Source of the DNA: Bacteroidales bacterium
Lineage (GTDB): Bacteria > Bacteroidota > Bacteroidia > Bacteroidales > NBLH01
Direction of reading: 5' to 3'
DNA: 64,000 bases
NCBI GenBank assembly: GCA_046329965.1
Contig: JAXLTR010000011.1
Coordinates: forward strand, 142,418-206,417
The notes below the pieces were generated by a model. The model worked only from the letters and a program-made list of their open reading frames with translations, was not told where the DNA came from and searched no databases. The stretch's first letter is position 1, and each line of letters opens with the position of its first letter. Position numbers and translations under genes: made by a program. Below, one piece after another: positions 45,713 through 55,364 of the stretch.

Positions 45713-46365
45713 AATTTATTGAAGCGTCAGCCTGAAAAGGATGTAAGCGAAAGAAAAGTAAAAAACAAGGGCGATAGCCCGGGCATTTTTGTTTGTTAAA
45801 ACTTTTCCAAAGTTCGCGAGCCCGGCAGTGCGGGCAATCGTACTACCTCAACAAAGCAAAAATATGGTTACGAGCCATCTTTTTTTGTTTATGCTCATTC
45901 AAGTAGTAATTTGAAAGTCGCAGGTTCAGACTTTTTTCACAGCCAGCCCCGATATTCAATCAGGGACCGAAAGGAGTAATCTTTTTAATCCCACAATTAG
46001 AAGTGTTAAATAATTGAAGAAGAAATCAATTCATTTTTATTTTGTAAGATTTCCATTTTTTCTGTGGACTCTCCTTATTATAAAGCTCAAAGAAAATTTT
46101 TGTTTTCAACTTTTCAAGGCAATTAGCACAAATTTTTAAATTAAACTTGACTTAAATTGTCTGAAATTCGTTTTTGATTTATCAAATGGCGATTTTTTTT
46201 TGGAAATCAAAAGTAAAATTTTAACGCAATAAACTATCTGTCAGTATTAGTTCGATTGACGGAATTTAAAGTCTTACTTTTAAAATAGACAAGTTAATTG
46301 TTCAGATTTTTTAGCAACAAAATAAAATTCTTTAAAAATTCTTTATTTATTTTCTTTTTATAAAC

Positions 46366-46387
46366 TATATTTGTGTAATCGATTGCA
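46366..46387 (+). promoter_or_regulatory. kduI promoter -7 box fused to a LacI-family operator
   Basis: TATATTTG (46366-46373, TAnnTTTG) is immediately followed by TGTAATCGATTGCA (46374-46387), a near-palindrome of the LacI/CcpA type TGnAAnCGnTTnCA. The kduI ATG is at 46402. Confidence 0.55.
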
Positions 46388-46401
46388 TTAAATTTTAAAA
46401 A

Positions 46402-47238
46402 ATGATAAATTCTGAATTTAGATACGCCATTAGTCCAACAGAAGGTTCAAGCCTTGGTACCGGTGAGTTGCGTAAAAATTTCCTGATAGAAAACCTGTTC
46501 GTAAAGGATTCGATAAACCTTACGTACTCAATGTATGATCGCTTAATTGTTGGAGGAGCCATGCCTGTTAACAGGCCGATTGTACTTGAATCAATTGAAT
46601 ACCTGAAAAAGGAAAACTTTCTGGACAGGCGTGAACTGGGAATAATCAATGTTGGAGGAAAAGGCATTGTCTGTGTTGATCAAACTGACTATGAATTGGA
46701 CAAGAAGGAAGCCCTCTATATTGGACAAGGCTGCAAAGAGGTTGTTTTTAAATCAAAAAACGGGGAACAGCCTTTGTTTTATTTTAATTCGGCTCCTGCT
46801 CATCGAAAATGTGCAACAAAAAAAATAGGACTCAATGATGCAGTAATTGTTGAACTTGGAGAGACAAAATTTGCCAATAAACGCCGAATTAATAAATTGA
46901 TCATTAATGGTTTAGTCGAAACCTGTCAGTTACAAATGGGCCTTACTGAACTTTTGCCGGGGAGCGTTTGGAATACCATGCCACCCCATTCACATGCAAG
47001 AAGAATGGAGGCTTATTTTTATTTTGATTTGGCGGAAGATCAGGCTGTTTGTCATCTAATGGGAGAACCTATGAACACCAGGCATATTTTCATCAATAAT
47101 AACCAGGCTGTGCTTTCACCCGAATGGTCAATTCATTCGGGCGTGGGTACTACAAATTACTCATTTATATGGGGAATGGCCGGTGAAAACCTCGAATACG
47201 ATGATATGGATAGTGTTAAACCTTTTGAGTTGAAATAA
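46402..47238 (+). CDS. kduI: 5-dehydro-4-deoxy-D-glucuronate isomerase
   Basis: 278 aa. 'LRKNFLIENLFVKDSINLTYSMYDRLIVGGAMP' parallels E. coli KduI 'LRNEFLVEKVF...YSHIDRIIVGGIMP'. Confidence 0.9.
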   Translation: MINSEFRYAISPTEGSSLGTGELRKNFLIENLFVKDSINLTYSMYDRLIVGGAMPVNRPIVLESIEYLKKENFLDRRELGIINVGGKGIVCVDQTDYELDKKEALYIGQGCKEVVFKSKNGEQPLFYFNSAPAHRKCATKKIGLNDAVIVELGETKFANKRRINKLIINGLVETCQLQMGLTELLPGSVWNTMPPHSHARRMEAYFYFDLAEDQAVCHLMGEPMNTRHIFINNNQAVLSPEWSIHSGVGTTNYSFIWGMAGENLEYDDMDSVKPFELK

Positions 47239-47259
47239 ATAAACCTATTTTATAATGTT

Positions 47260-48063
47260 ATGATTAAGGAATTGTTTGATCTGACAGGAAAAGTTGCCCT
47301 GGTCACAGGCGGTACTCATGGAATTGGGCTTTCGATAGCCAGAATTTTGGCAAAGGCAGGTGCCCGAATTGCAATAAATGACATATCGGATGATAAGCTC
47401 CAGTCATGCAAAATGGAGTTAAAAAAAGAAAACATTGAAGCATTGACGCTTAATTTTGATGTAACCTCTGAAACCGACGTTGACAATGGAATTTCGCGCA
47501 TTGAAAATAAATTGGGCATAATCGATATCCTGGTCAATAATGCCGGAATCATTAAACGGACACCCATCCTGGATATGGCTGTTTCAGATTTTAAACAGGT
47601 GATAGATATCGATCTTATTGCACCACTCATTGTTTCAAAAAGGGTAGCCCCGGGAATGATTAAAAAGCGTTCAGGGAAGATCATCAATATGTGTTCCATG
47701 ATGAGTGTTTACGGGCGGAATTCCGTTTCTGCCTATGCAGCTGCAAAAGGGGGCCTGAAATTATTAACCGCTAATATGTGTTGCGAATGGGCAAAATATA
47801 ATCTGCAGATAAACGGCATTGGCCCTGGCTATATTGCAACCGCTCAGACTGCAGCCATCCGTGAAGGGGGACATCCGTTTAACGATTTGGTTATGACCCG
47901 GACGCCGGCCGGTAGGTGGGGAGTGCCTGAAGATGTTGCAAATGCCGCTCTTTTTCTTGCATCAGCAGCAAGTAACTTTGTAAACGGGCATGTTCTTTAT
48001 GTTGATGGTGGTATACTTGCCAATTTTGGATATGTTAAAGGTGAAAACGAAATTAATGATTAA
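47260..48063 (+). CDS. kduD: SDR oxidoreductase, 2-dehydro-3-deoxy-D-gluconate 5-dehydrogenase-like
   Basis: 267 aa. It has 'VTGGTHGIGLS' (TGxxxGIG) and 'YAAAKGG' (YxxxK), and it sits next to kduI. Confidence 0.78.
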   Translation: MIKELFDLTGKVALVTGGTHGIGLSIARILAKAGARIAINDISDDKLQSCKMELKKENIEALTLNFDVTSETDVDNGISRIENKLGIIDILVNNAGIIKRTPILDMAVSDFKQVIDIDLIAPLIVSKRVAPGMIKKRSGKIINMCSMMSVYGRNSVSAYAAAKGGLKLLTANMCCEWAKYNLQINGIGPGYIATAQTAAIREGGHPFNDLVMTRTPAGRWGVPEDVANAALFLASAASNFVNGHVLYVDGGILANFGYVKGENEIND

Positions 48064-48093
48064 GGTGTCAAATAATAATAAATTGATTTGATT

Positions 48094-49497
48094 ATGAAAG
48101 ATTTCATGGGTGAGGATTTTTTACTTCAGAACAAAACGGCGGAAACCCTGTATCACGAATTTGCAAAGAAAATGCCGGTAATTGATTACCATTGCCATTT
48201 GAATCCTAAGGAAATAGCTGAAAATCATAAATTTGAAAATATTACCCAGGCATGGTTATATGGCGATCATTATAAATGGCGGGCAATGAGGACCAACGGA
48301 GTAAATGAAAAATATTGCACCGGTAATGCCACTGATTGGGAAAAGTTTGAAAAGTGGGCCGAAACAGTGCCCGATACACTCAGAAATCCATTGTATCACT
48401 GGACGCATCTTGAATTAAGAAGATATTTCGGAATTGAAAGTATTTTAAATCAGGTTTCAGCCAAATCAATTTTTGAAAAAACCTCCTCAATGTTGCAGGA
48501 CAGCAATTTCCGGGTTCAGGGCCTGCTGAGTAAAATGAATGTTGAGATAGTTTGTACAACAGACGATCCGGTTGATTCACTGGAATATCATCAATCCATT
48601 CTTAATTCCGGAATAGAATTGAAGGTTTTCCCGACCTGGCGGGCAGATAAAGCAATGGCAGTTGAAAATCCGGAAACTTACAATCAATATATAATTCAAT
48701 TGGCAGAAGTTTCTAATCATCAAATAAATAAATACACTGATTTGCTTGAAGCATTAAAGATCCGCCATAATTTTTTTCATAAAAATGGCTGCAGGCTATC
48801 CGATCATGGATTGGAAAATTTCTATTCTGAACCATATACCCAATCAGAGATTGATTCAATTTTTACCAGGTTGCTAAACAATAAATCGCTGAATGAAGAC
48901 GAGGTGTTGAAATTTAAATCTGCCATAGTGTACGAATTGGCAGTGATGGATCATGAAAAGAAGTGGACACAACAATTTCACGTTGGGGCTATCAGAAACA
49001 ACAATTCAAGAATGTATCGTAAGCTAGGTCCTGATAAAGGATTTGATTCAATTGGCGATTTTCAGCTTGCATTATCTATGGCAAGGTTTTTAGACAGACT
49101 TGAAACAGATGATAAATTAGCAAAAACAATTTTATACAACCTGAATCCTTCAGACAACGAAGTATTGGCAACAATGACCGGAAATTTCCAGGATGGATCA
49201 ATTCCGGGAAAAATTCAATTTGGTTCAGGATGGTGGTTTTTGGATCAGAAGGATGGAATGATCCGGCAAATGAATGCATTATCAAACATGGGTTTATTAA
49301 GCAGGTTTGTAGGAATGCTGACTGATTCAAGAAGTTTTCTTTCCTATCCCCGGCATGAATATTTCCGTAGAATTTTATGTAATTTGCTGGGAAATGATGT
49401 TGAAAATGGTGAAATTCCAAATGATAAAGAATTATTGGGTAAAATGGTCGAAAATATTTGTTATTACAATGCAAAAGAATTTTTTAATTTTCAATAA
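48094..49497 (+). CDS. uxaC: Glucuronate isomerase
   Basis: The track starts at the TTG at 48088. The ATG at 48094 gives 'MKDFMGEDFLLQNKTAETLYHEFAKKMPVIDYHCHL', compared with E. coli UxaC '[33 protein letters not shown]'. Confidence 0.95.
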   Translation: MKDFMGEDFLLQNKTAETLYHEFAKKMPVIDYHCHLNPKEIAENHKFENITQAWLYGDHYKWRAMRTNGVNEKYCTGNATDWEKFEKWAETVPDTLRNPLYHWTHLELRRYFGIESILNQVSAKSIFEKTSSMLQDSNFRVQGLLSKMNVEIVCTTDDPVDSLEYHQSILNSGIELKVFPTWRADKAMAVENPETYNQYIIQLAEVSNHQINKYTDLLEALKIRHNFFHKNGCRLSDHGLENFYSEPYTQSEIDSIFTRLLNNKSLNEDEVLKFKSAIVYELAVMDHEKKWTQQFHVGAIRNNNSRMYRKLGPDKGFDSIGDFQLALSMARFLDRLETDDKLAKTILYNLNPSDNEVLATMTGNFQDGSIPGKIQFGSGWWFLDQKDGMIRQMNALSNMGLLSRFVGMLTDSRSFLSYPRHEYFRRILCNLLGNDVENGEIPNDKELLGKMVENICYYNAKEFFNFQ

Positions 49498-50531
49498 TGA
49501 ATAAAGTTGTAACTTTTGGCGAAGTAATGTTAAGACTGGCCACACCCGGATTTGAACGATTTGGCCAGTCCGGGATTTTAAATGCATCTTTTGGTGGAGG
49601 CGAAGCGAATGTTGCAGTTTCTTTGGCTAATTTTGGGATTCCTGCTCTATTTGTGACAAAACTGCCTAAAAACGATATTGCTTCGGCATGTGTAAGAGAA
49701 TTACGTGGATTTGGGGTTGATGTTGAACAGGTAGTTTATGGTGGAGACAGGATGGGAATTTACTTTCTTGAAACAGGTGCTGTAAATCGTTCCGGTAAGG
49801 TAATCTACGACAGGGCTAATTCTGCTATGGCAGATATAAAACCCGGACAAATAAACTGGGACAAGGTATTTGAAAATGCAAGATGGTTCCATTGGACAGG
49901 TATTACACCGGCCATTTCGCAGGGCGCAGCTGATACCTGTCTTGAAGGGATTAAGGTTGCAAAATCAAAAGGTTTACAGGTTTCAACCGACCTGAATTTC
50001 AGAAAAAATCTATGGAAATATGGTAAGAATGCCAGGGAGGTTATGCCAGGCTTGGTCGAATATTGTGATATAATTCTTGGGAATGAAGAAGATGCAGCCA
50101 TGACCCTCGGTATTCATCCAAAAAACATAGATGTGAGATCAGGCAACATAGATCCGAAGGCCTATCAGTCAGTATCAGACCAAATTATGAATAAATTTCC
50201 GAAATGTAAAAAGGTAATTACCACCTTGCGGGGTTCGGTAAATGCAAGTCATAACAGCTGGTCGGGTGTATTGTATGATGGTAACAATTTATACATAGCC
50301 CCAAATTACCAGATTACTCACATTGTTGACAGGGTAGGCGGCGGTGATTCATTTATGGCAGGCTTAATTTATGGTTTGTTGACTTATGAGAATGATTTAC
50401 AAAATGCATTAAACTTTGCCGTGGCGGCTTCGTGCCTAAAACATACCATCTATGGTGATTACAACCGGGTAACTGTGGAAGAAGTGGAAAAATTAATGAA
50501 AGGGGATGCTTCCGGAAGGGTTTCGAGATAA
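49497..50531 (+). CDS. kdgK: 2-dehydro-3-deoxygluconokinase (PfkB family)
   Basis: 344 aa. 'VVTFGEVMLRL' and the C-terminal 'VDRVGGGDSFMAGLIYGL' are the PfkB signature. The pathway context supports the call. Confidence 0.85.
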   Translation: MNKVVTFGEVMLRLATPGFERFGQSGILNASFGGGEANVAVSLANFGIPALFVTKLPKNDIASACVRELRGFGVDVEQVVYGGDRMGIYFLETGAVNRSGKVIYDRANSAMADIKPGQINWDKVFENARWFHWTGITPAISQGAADTCLEGIKVAKSKGLQVSTDLNFRKNLWKYGKNAREVMPGLVEYCDIILGNEEDAAMTLGIHPKNIDVRSGNIDPKAYQSVSDQIMNKFPKCKKVITTLRGSVNASHNSWSGVLYDGNNLYIAPNYQITHIVDRVGGGDSFMAGLIYGLLTYENDLQNALNFAVAASCLKHTIYGDYNRVTVEEVEKLMKGDASGRVSR

Positions 50532-50540
50532 AAAAATTGA

Positions 50541-51218
50541 ATGATGGCTAAATATACAAGAATTCAGGTTGCACAAATTATGCAGGAAACGGGTCTTGTA
50601 CCTTTGTTTTTTCATGATGATACCGAAATTGGAAAAAAGATTCTGAAAGCGTGTTTTGAAGGAGGTGCCAGGTTAATTGAATTCACCGGACGTGGTGATT
50701 TTGCACCTGAAATATTCTCAGCACTGAACAAATATGCCCTGAAAGAATTAAGCGGGCTTGTGATGGGAGTTGGCTCACTCACCGATTCCGCAGCAGCTTC
50801 ATATTACATGCAACTGGGTGCAAATTTCATTGTCACCCCCGTTCTTAGGGAGGATATTGCAATAACATGTAACCGCCGAAAAGTATTGTGGTCAGCTGGT
50901 TGCGGATCTCTAACCGAAATAGCCCGTGCTGAGGAACTAGGATGCGAAATCGTAAAATTATTCCCTGGAGGTACATATGGTCCCGAATTCGTAAAAGCTA
51001 TTAAAGGCCCGTGCCCCTGGACCAGCATTATGCCCACAGGAGGAGTAAGTATGAATGAAGAAAACCTGAAAGCATGGTTTGATGCAGGAGTAAGTTGTGT
51101 AGGCATGGGATCCAATTTAATTACCAGGGAGATAATAGCCAACAACGATTTTGAATCTTTAAAGGAGAATGTAACCAAGGTACTCCAAATCATTAAATCC
51201 GTTCGAAAACAAATATAA
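50541..51218 (+). CDS. eda: KDPG/KHG aldolase
   Basis: 225 aa. 'GGARLIEFT', 'EIVKLFPGG' (Schiff-base Lys context) and 'MPTGGV' are present. Confidence 0.85.
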   Translation: MMAKYTRIQVAQIMQETGLVPLFFHDDTEIGKKILKACFEGGARLIEFTGRGDFAPEIFSALNKYALKELSGLVMGVGSLTDSAAASYYMQLGANFIVTPVLREDIAITCNRRKVLWSAGCGSLTEIARAEELGCEIVKLFPGGTYGPEFVKAIKGPCPWTSIMPTGGVSMNEENLKAWFDAGVSCVGMGSNLITREIIANNDFESLKENVTKVLQIIKSVRKQI

Positions 51219-51255
51219 AAGCCAAGTATTTAATTGTTTAAACCATTCATGATCA

Positions 51256-52782
51256 ATGAATAACCTTAATCAAAAAATAGGAAAATACAGGTGGACGATT
51301 TGTGCCCTGGTATTTTTTGCAACAACCGTCAATTATCTGGATAGGCAGGTCTTGAGTTTGTTAAAGGACAATCTCGAGGTTCAATTTAACTGGAGCGATT
51401 CCGATTATGCAAACATTGTTGCAGTTTTTCAGTTTGTATATGCTATATCCATGCTATTTGCAGGCCGGATTATTGACTGGCTGGGAACTAAAATGGGATA
51501 TGCCTGGGCTTTAATTGTTTGGTCTGTTGGTGCGATGGCTCATGCACTTGCTAAAGGTACAGGCGGTTTCATGGTTGCCAGAGGCATTTTAGGTTTTGGT
51601 GAATCAGGCAATTTCCCCGCAGCTATTAAAGCTGTGGCAGAATGGTTTCCAAAAAAAGAACGAGCCCTTGCTACGGGAATTTTCAATTCCGGTGCCAATA
51701 TTGGTGCCATTGTTGCCCCATTGACAGTTCCCTGGATTGCCAAACACCTGGGATGGCAGGCAGCTTTCCTTATAATAGGAGGCATTGGGTTTTTATGGCT
51801 GATATTTTGGTTCTGGTTATATGAAATTCCTTCAAGGAGTAAAAGTATTTCAAAGGGAGAGTTTGAATTTATACACAGCGATATTTCTGGTGAAAACCCA
51901 GCACAGAACTCAGTAAACTCTGAAAAAATATCGTGGTTTAAACTTTTACGTTTTAAACAGACATGGGCTTTTAGTTTTGGTAAATTTATGACCGATGGCG
52001 TCTGGTGGTTTTATTTATTCTGGTTGCCTGCATATTTAAAGGCACAATACGGGATGACTGGTATGCAGGTAGCATTTCCGCTGGCAGTACTATATACGAT
52101 TTCAACTGTTGGGAGTATTACAGGGGGATGGTTTCCTATGTACTTCATAAACAAAGGTTTCGAACCTTATGCCGGCCGAATGAGGGCGATGCTGATCATT
52201 GCTGTTATACCTCTTTTAGTCCTTTCGGCCCAATACTTAGGCGCTATCAGCTATTGGATCCCGGTAATCATAATTGGAATTGGAACTGCAGCACATCAGG
52301 CCTGGTCAGCAAATATATTTACTACTGTTTCCGATATGTTTCCAAAAAAGACAGTTGCCAGTGTAACCGGAATAGGAGGTATGGCAGGTGGTATAGGTGG
52401 AATATTGATCAATAAATCAGCAGGCTGGCTTTTTGACGGGTTCAGGCAGGCCGGTATAGCCAAAGCATGGGTTGAAGCGCAATCTCAAAATCTTGGTGAA
52501 TTCATAACTAAAATACAAACACTTACACTTGTAAATAAACACAATGATGTTATTGATATTAATAAAGTTGAATTAGGAAGCCTGCCATCAGATATTATTC
52601 AACAATTACAATCTGTAGATCCAGCGCTTTTTGAACAACTCAGGTCAATTCAGGCTCCGATTGTGCAGCATAACATGACAATAGCCTATACGATAGTTTT
52701 TGTTTTTTGTGCACTTGCTTACCTGATAGCATGGTTGGTAATGCATCTCCTTGTTCCGAAAATGAAAAAAATTGAGATATAA
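51256..52782 (+). CDS. MFS hexuronate-type transporter (ExuT-like)
   Basis: 508 aa. 'YRWTICALVFFATTVNYLDRQVLSLL' is the typical ExuT/ACS-family start. It has 12 TM helices plus a hydrophilic insert before the last helix. Confidence 0.78.
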   Translation: MNNLNQKIGKYRWTICALVFFATTVNYLDRQVLSLLKDNLEVQFNWSDSDYANIVAVFQFVYAISMLFAGRIIDWLGTKMGYAWALIVWSVGAMAHALAKGTGGFMVARGILGFGESGNFPAAIKAVAEWFPKKERALATGIFNSGANIGAIVAPLTVPWIAKHLGWQAAFLIIGGIGFLWLIFWFWLYEIPSRSKSISKGEFEFIHSDISGENPAQNSVNSEKISWFKLLRFKQTWAFSFGKFMTDGVWWFYLFWLPAYLKAQYGMTGMQVAFPLAVLYTISTVGSITGGWFPMYFINKGFEPYAGRMRAMLIIAVIPLLVLSAQYLGAISYWIPVIIIGIGTAAHQAWSANIFTTVSDMFPKKTVASVTGIGGMAGGIGGILINKSAGWLFDGFRQAGIAKAWVEAQSQNLGEFITKIQTLTLVNKHNDVIDINKVELGSLPSDIIQQLQSVDPALFEQLRSIQAPIVQHNMTIAYTIVFVFCALAYLIAWLVMHLLVPKMKKIEI

Positions 52783-52867
52783 ACAATTCTTTATTATTAT
52801 TAACCGGTTATTATAAGGAAAAACTTTATTAAATTCAGAAAAAAGTAACATTTAAAATATCCATCAG

Positions 52868-54118
52868 ATGAAATTGACAAAATATTCTCTAGGAATGGGA
52901 GATCGCTTTGGACACCAGGGAACCTTTCAGTTAAAAGCGATAATGGCTGCATTAAAACAGGGTGTTGAAATTACCCCTGTTTGGAATAAGTCGAACCGGG
53001 AGCATAGTATAATTCATACTTTGCCCCGTGATACGAGAATTGCAGCTGATGAAGCCGTTAAAGCAATGAATTACAAAGGCCCTTATTTTGTAGATGCCGA
53101 TCATATCAATATGTCAAATGTGGATAAATTCATTGAACATTCAGATTTTTTTACCATTGATGTAGCTGATTATATTGGCAAAATGGCCGAACCAGAATTA
53201 ACGAACAAATCGTTTGAAAAATTAAAGTTCCTTATTGGAAGTTTAAAAATTCCTGGTATTTCTGAAGCCATGCAAATCGATTCCGGAATCCTTAAGAAGG
53301 CTATTGATAAATATCTTTTTGCTGTGTTGGAGGCAGGTAAAATCTTCCGTCACATTTTAGAAAAAAAAGGCAACGGTAACTTTATTGCTGAAATATCGAT
53401 GGACGAAGTTGATATACCTCAATCGCCCATTGAGTTGTACATTATCCTGGCTTTAATTTCGGAAGAAAAAATACCGGTACAGACAATCGCTCCACGTTTT
53501 ACCGGAAGGTTTAATAAAGGTGTTGATTATGTGGGAGATATAAATGTTTTTAAAAAAGAATTTGAGGAGGATATTCTGGTTATTGATTTTGCTGTAGAAA
53601 AGTTTGGCTTACCCGAAAATCTGAAATTGAGTGTTCACTCAGGAAGTGATAAATTTTCGATTTATCCGGCCATTAAGGAAATCCTGAAAAAGCATGACAA
53701 GGGAATTCATATTAAAACAGCAGGTACAACCTGGCTCGAAGAAGTTATTGGATTGGCATTGGCGGGCGGGGACTCACTGGCGCTTGTAAAGGAAATATAT
53801 TTCGGGGCCCTTTTACGAATGGATGAACTTTGTGCCCCTTATGCCCAGGTAATCGATATTGATAAATCAAAATTGCCGTCGCAGGAAGAAGTAAAAAAGT
53901 GGGAGGGCCAAAAATATGCAAATACTTTAAGGCACATTCCCGAAAACCCGGATTATAACCCAAATTTCAGGCAGTTAATACACGTAGGCTACAAAATGGC
54001 TGTGGAGCACGGAGACCAATATTATGCTTTTCTGGAGAAATATCCGGAAATAGTGGGCAAACAGGTTTTTGAGAATTTATACAACCGGCATTTATGTAGA
54101 TTATTTGATTTGGAATAA
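52868..54118 (+). CDS. Tagaturonate/fructuronate epimerase-family protein (UxaE-like)
   Basis: 416 aa. 'YSLGMGDRFGHQG..QLKAI......GVEITPVWNKSNREH' matches my recollection of the UxaE family. The hexuronate context is consistent. Confidence 0.6.
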   Translation: MKLTKYSLGMGDRFGHQGTFQLKAIMAALKQGVEITPVWNKSNREHSIIHTLPRDTRIAADEAVKAMNYKGPYFVDADHINMSNVDKFIEHSDFFTIDVADYIGKMAEPELTNKSFEKLKFLIGSLKIPGISEAMQIDSGILKKAIDKYLFAVLEAGKIFRHILEKKGNGNFIAEISMDEVDIPQSPIELYIILALISEEKIPVQTIAPRFTGRFNKGVDYVGDINVFKKEFEEDILVIDFAVEKFGLPENLKLSVHSGSDKFSIYPAIKEILKKHDKGIHIKTAGTTWLEEVIGLALAGGDSLALVKEIYFGALLRMDELCAPYAQVIDIDKSKLPSQEEVKKWEGQKYANTLRHIPENPDYNPNFRQLIHVGYKMAVEHGDQYYAFLEKYPEIVGKQVFENLYNRHLCRLFDLE

Positions 54119-54167
54119 TCGTTTATTCGGATTTTTTTCATAAATAATTGGTTTTGGTTTCAATGAG

Positions 54168-54198
54168 ATCCATCCAACAGAAAATTGGATGGATTTTT
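54168..54198 (+). terminator. Intrinsic terminator after the hexuronate operon
   Basis: ATCCATCCAA (54168-54177), loop CAGAAAA, TTGGATGGAT (54185-54194), then TTTT. Confidence 0.7.
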
Positions 54199-54348
54199 AG
54201 TTAAATAGAATTTCAGTTTATCAATAAATATTAAAATTACTTTGGTTAAAAATTCATATTTTATCATTGCAACAACATGATTACTAGATTAAAGAGCTAA
54301 TAATGCCTTCCTCAATTTTATTTCTGAAACAAAGGAAAGGCTTAATCT

Positions 54349-55359
54349 CTAATTTTTTAAAAGAAAGTTTATTGAATAATTCAGACATGTTTGAAACCAT
54401 GGATTAAAAAACCAAAAAGAGTGAGGTGCCCCTTCGAGAATATATTTTTCATAATAAATTCCAGATTTTTCAAATATTCTTATCATTTCATCCCTTCCGG
54501 CATTGAACCTGGGAAATGAGCTTGCAACAAACAGGAAAGGAGGGGATTTTTCATCCGCGTATAACAGAGGGGAAGCTTCCATCCATTTCGATGAATCTGT
54601 TGAGAAATGAACACCAAACCATTTTTCTGCAGCACCTTGACCTTTTGTATTCCTGCCCTCTTCAGAAAGGGGATTTAAAAAGGCAAGGATTCCATCCATA
54701 TTGATTACGGCGTTTATTTTGGGTTTAATTTCAGCAGGATAATTTTCATTTATAAAAATCTCCTTTTGCGATGTTAACCCTACCAGACTGGCCAATTGTC
54801 CTCCGGCAGAAAATCCCATGATGGATATTTTTGTAGTGTCAATGCCAAATTTTAAAGAATTTTGATAAATCCATACCAATGCAGATTTTAAATCAAAAAC
54901 TGAAGCCGGGTATTTCGCTTCATCACTGAAGCGGTATTCTACCGGAATTGCAATAAAATCATTATCGGCCAAAGCAAGGGCAAAAGGTTGACACATGTCT
55001 TTATCTCCTGAATTCCAGCCCCCACCATGTATAAGAATTACACATGCTTTACTTTTTTGCGTTTGTTTTACCGGAATGTATATATCCAGGTGCATTTTAC
55101 GTGTTCCATACTGGCAATATTCAAAATCCTTGTTAATTGTAATTTTGTTTACAGGATTATAGGTGGCTATTGAAATAAACGGATAATTTTTAATCAGTTT
55201 CTGATAGGTACCAGATATGGTATAATTTGTATCAATTTTTAATTCCGGGTGGTAAAGAAAGTGTTGTGCATAAAGTGAATAACTGAATTCAAAACACAGG
55301 ATAAGTATTAATCTGAGTTTAAACCCTGGAAATAACTTATTAAAGTTTAGTACCGGCAT
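54349..55359 (-). CDS. Exported alpha/beta-hydrolase esterase (carbohydrate/pectin acetyl- or methyl-esterase candidate)
   Basis: 336 aa with a signal-like N-terminus. It has the oxyanion 'LIHGGGWNSGD' and the nucleophile elbow 'GFSAGG'. Confidence 0.72.
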   Translation of the reverse strand: MPVLNFNKLFPGFKLRLILILCFEFSYSLYAQHFLYHPELKIDTNYTISGTYQKLIKNYPFISIATYNPVNKITINKDFEYCQYGTRKMHLDIYIPVKQTQKSKACVILIHGGGWNSGDKDMCQPFALALADNDFIAIPVEYRFSDEAKYPASVFDLKSALVWIYQNSLKFGIDTTKISIMGFSAGGQLASLVGLTSQKEIFINENYPAEIKPKINAVINMDGILAFLNPLSEEGRNTKGQGAAEKWFGVHFSTDSSKWMEASPLLYADEKSPPFLFVASSFPRFNAGRDEMIRIFEKSGIYYEKYILEGAPHSFWFFNPWFQTCLNYSINFLLKN

Positions 55360-55364
55360 TAATT

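Larger units (their letters stand above)
45492..45845. repeat. Tandem direct repeat, 2 full units of 177 bp plus degenerate flanking partial copies
   Basis: Unit A is 45492-45668 and unit B is 45669-45845. The first roughly 130 nt are identical, and about 6 substitutions fall in the last roughly 45 nt. A degenerate third start lies at 45846 ('CCTCAACAAAGCAAAAAT...') and a partial copy before 45492. Confidence 0.9.
40953..45975. mobile_element. Candidate decayed mobile/phage-derived island bounded by direct copies of a roughly 50-nt element
   Basis: CTTTTCTCATAGCCAGCCCCGAT (40961-40983) and CTTTTTTCACAGCCAGCCCCGAT (45931-45953) match at 21 of 23 positions, with extended similarity on both sides. 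Between them lie an ORF-less GC-richer stretch, a broken gene, small membrane proteins and an excisionase-like HTH. No integrase is present. Confidence 0.3.

Noticed and set aside
45492-45845. The tandem repeat was considered as a CRISPR array.
   Set aside because: - The units are 177 bp and contiguous, with no unique spacers.
- No cas genes are in the window.
45916-45930. GTCGCAGGTTCAGAC resembles the start of a tRNA T-arm (GTCGCAGGTTCGAATCC...), suggesting a tRNA gene or integration site.
   Set aside because: - There is no complementary closing stem, no acceptor stem or CCA context, and no upstream D or anticodon arms.
- A related GTCGCA also precedes the other repeat copy at about 40955, so it is probably part of the repeat and not a tRNA. 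At most it is a relic.
52801-52810. A perfect 10-bp palindrome TAACCGGTTA lies 58 nt upstream of the UxaE-like gene and was considered as an extra operator.
   Set aside because: - It is short and has no second copy in the window.
- It does not match the TGTAATCGATTGCA operator.
- It is retained only as a note.
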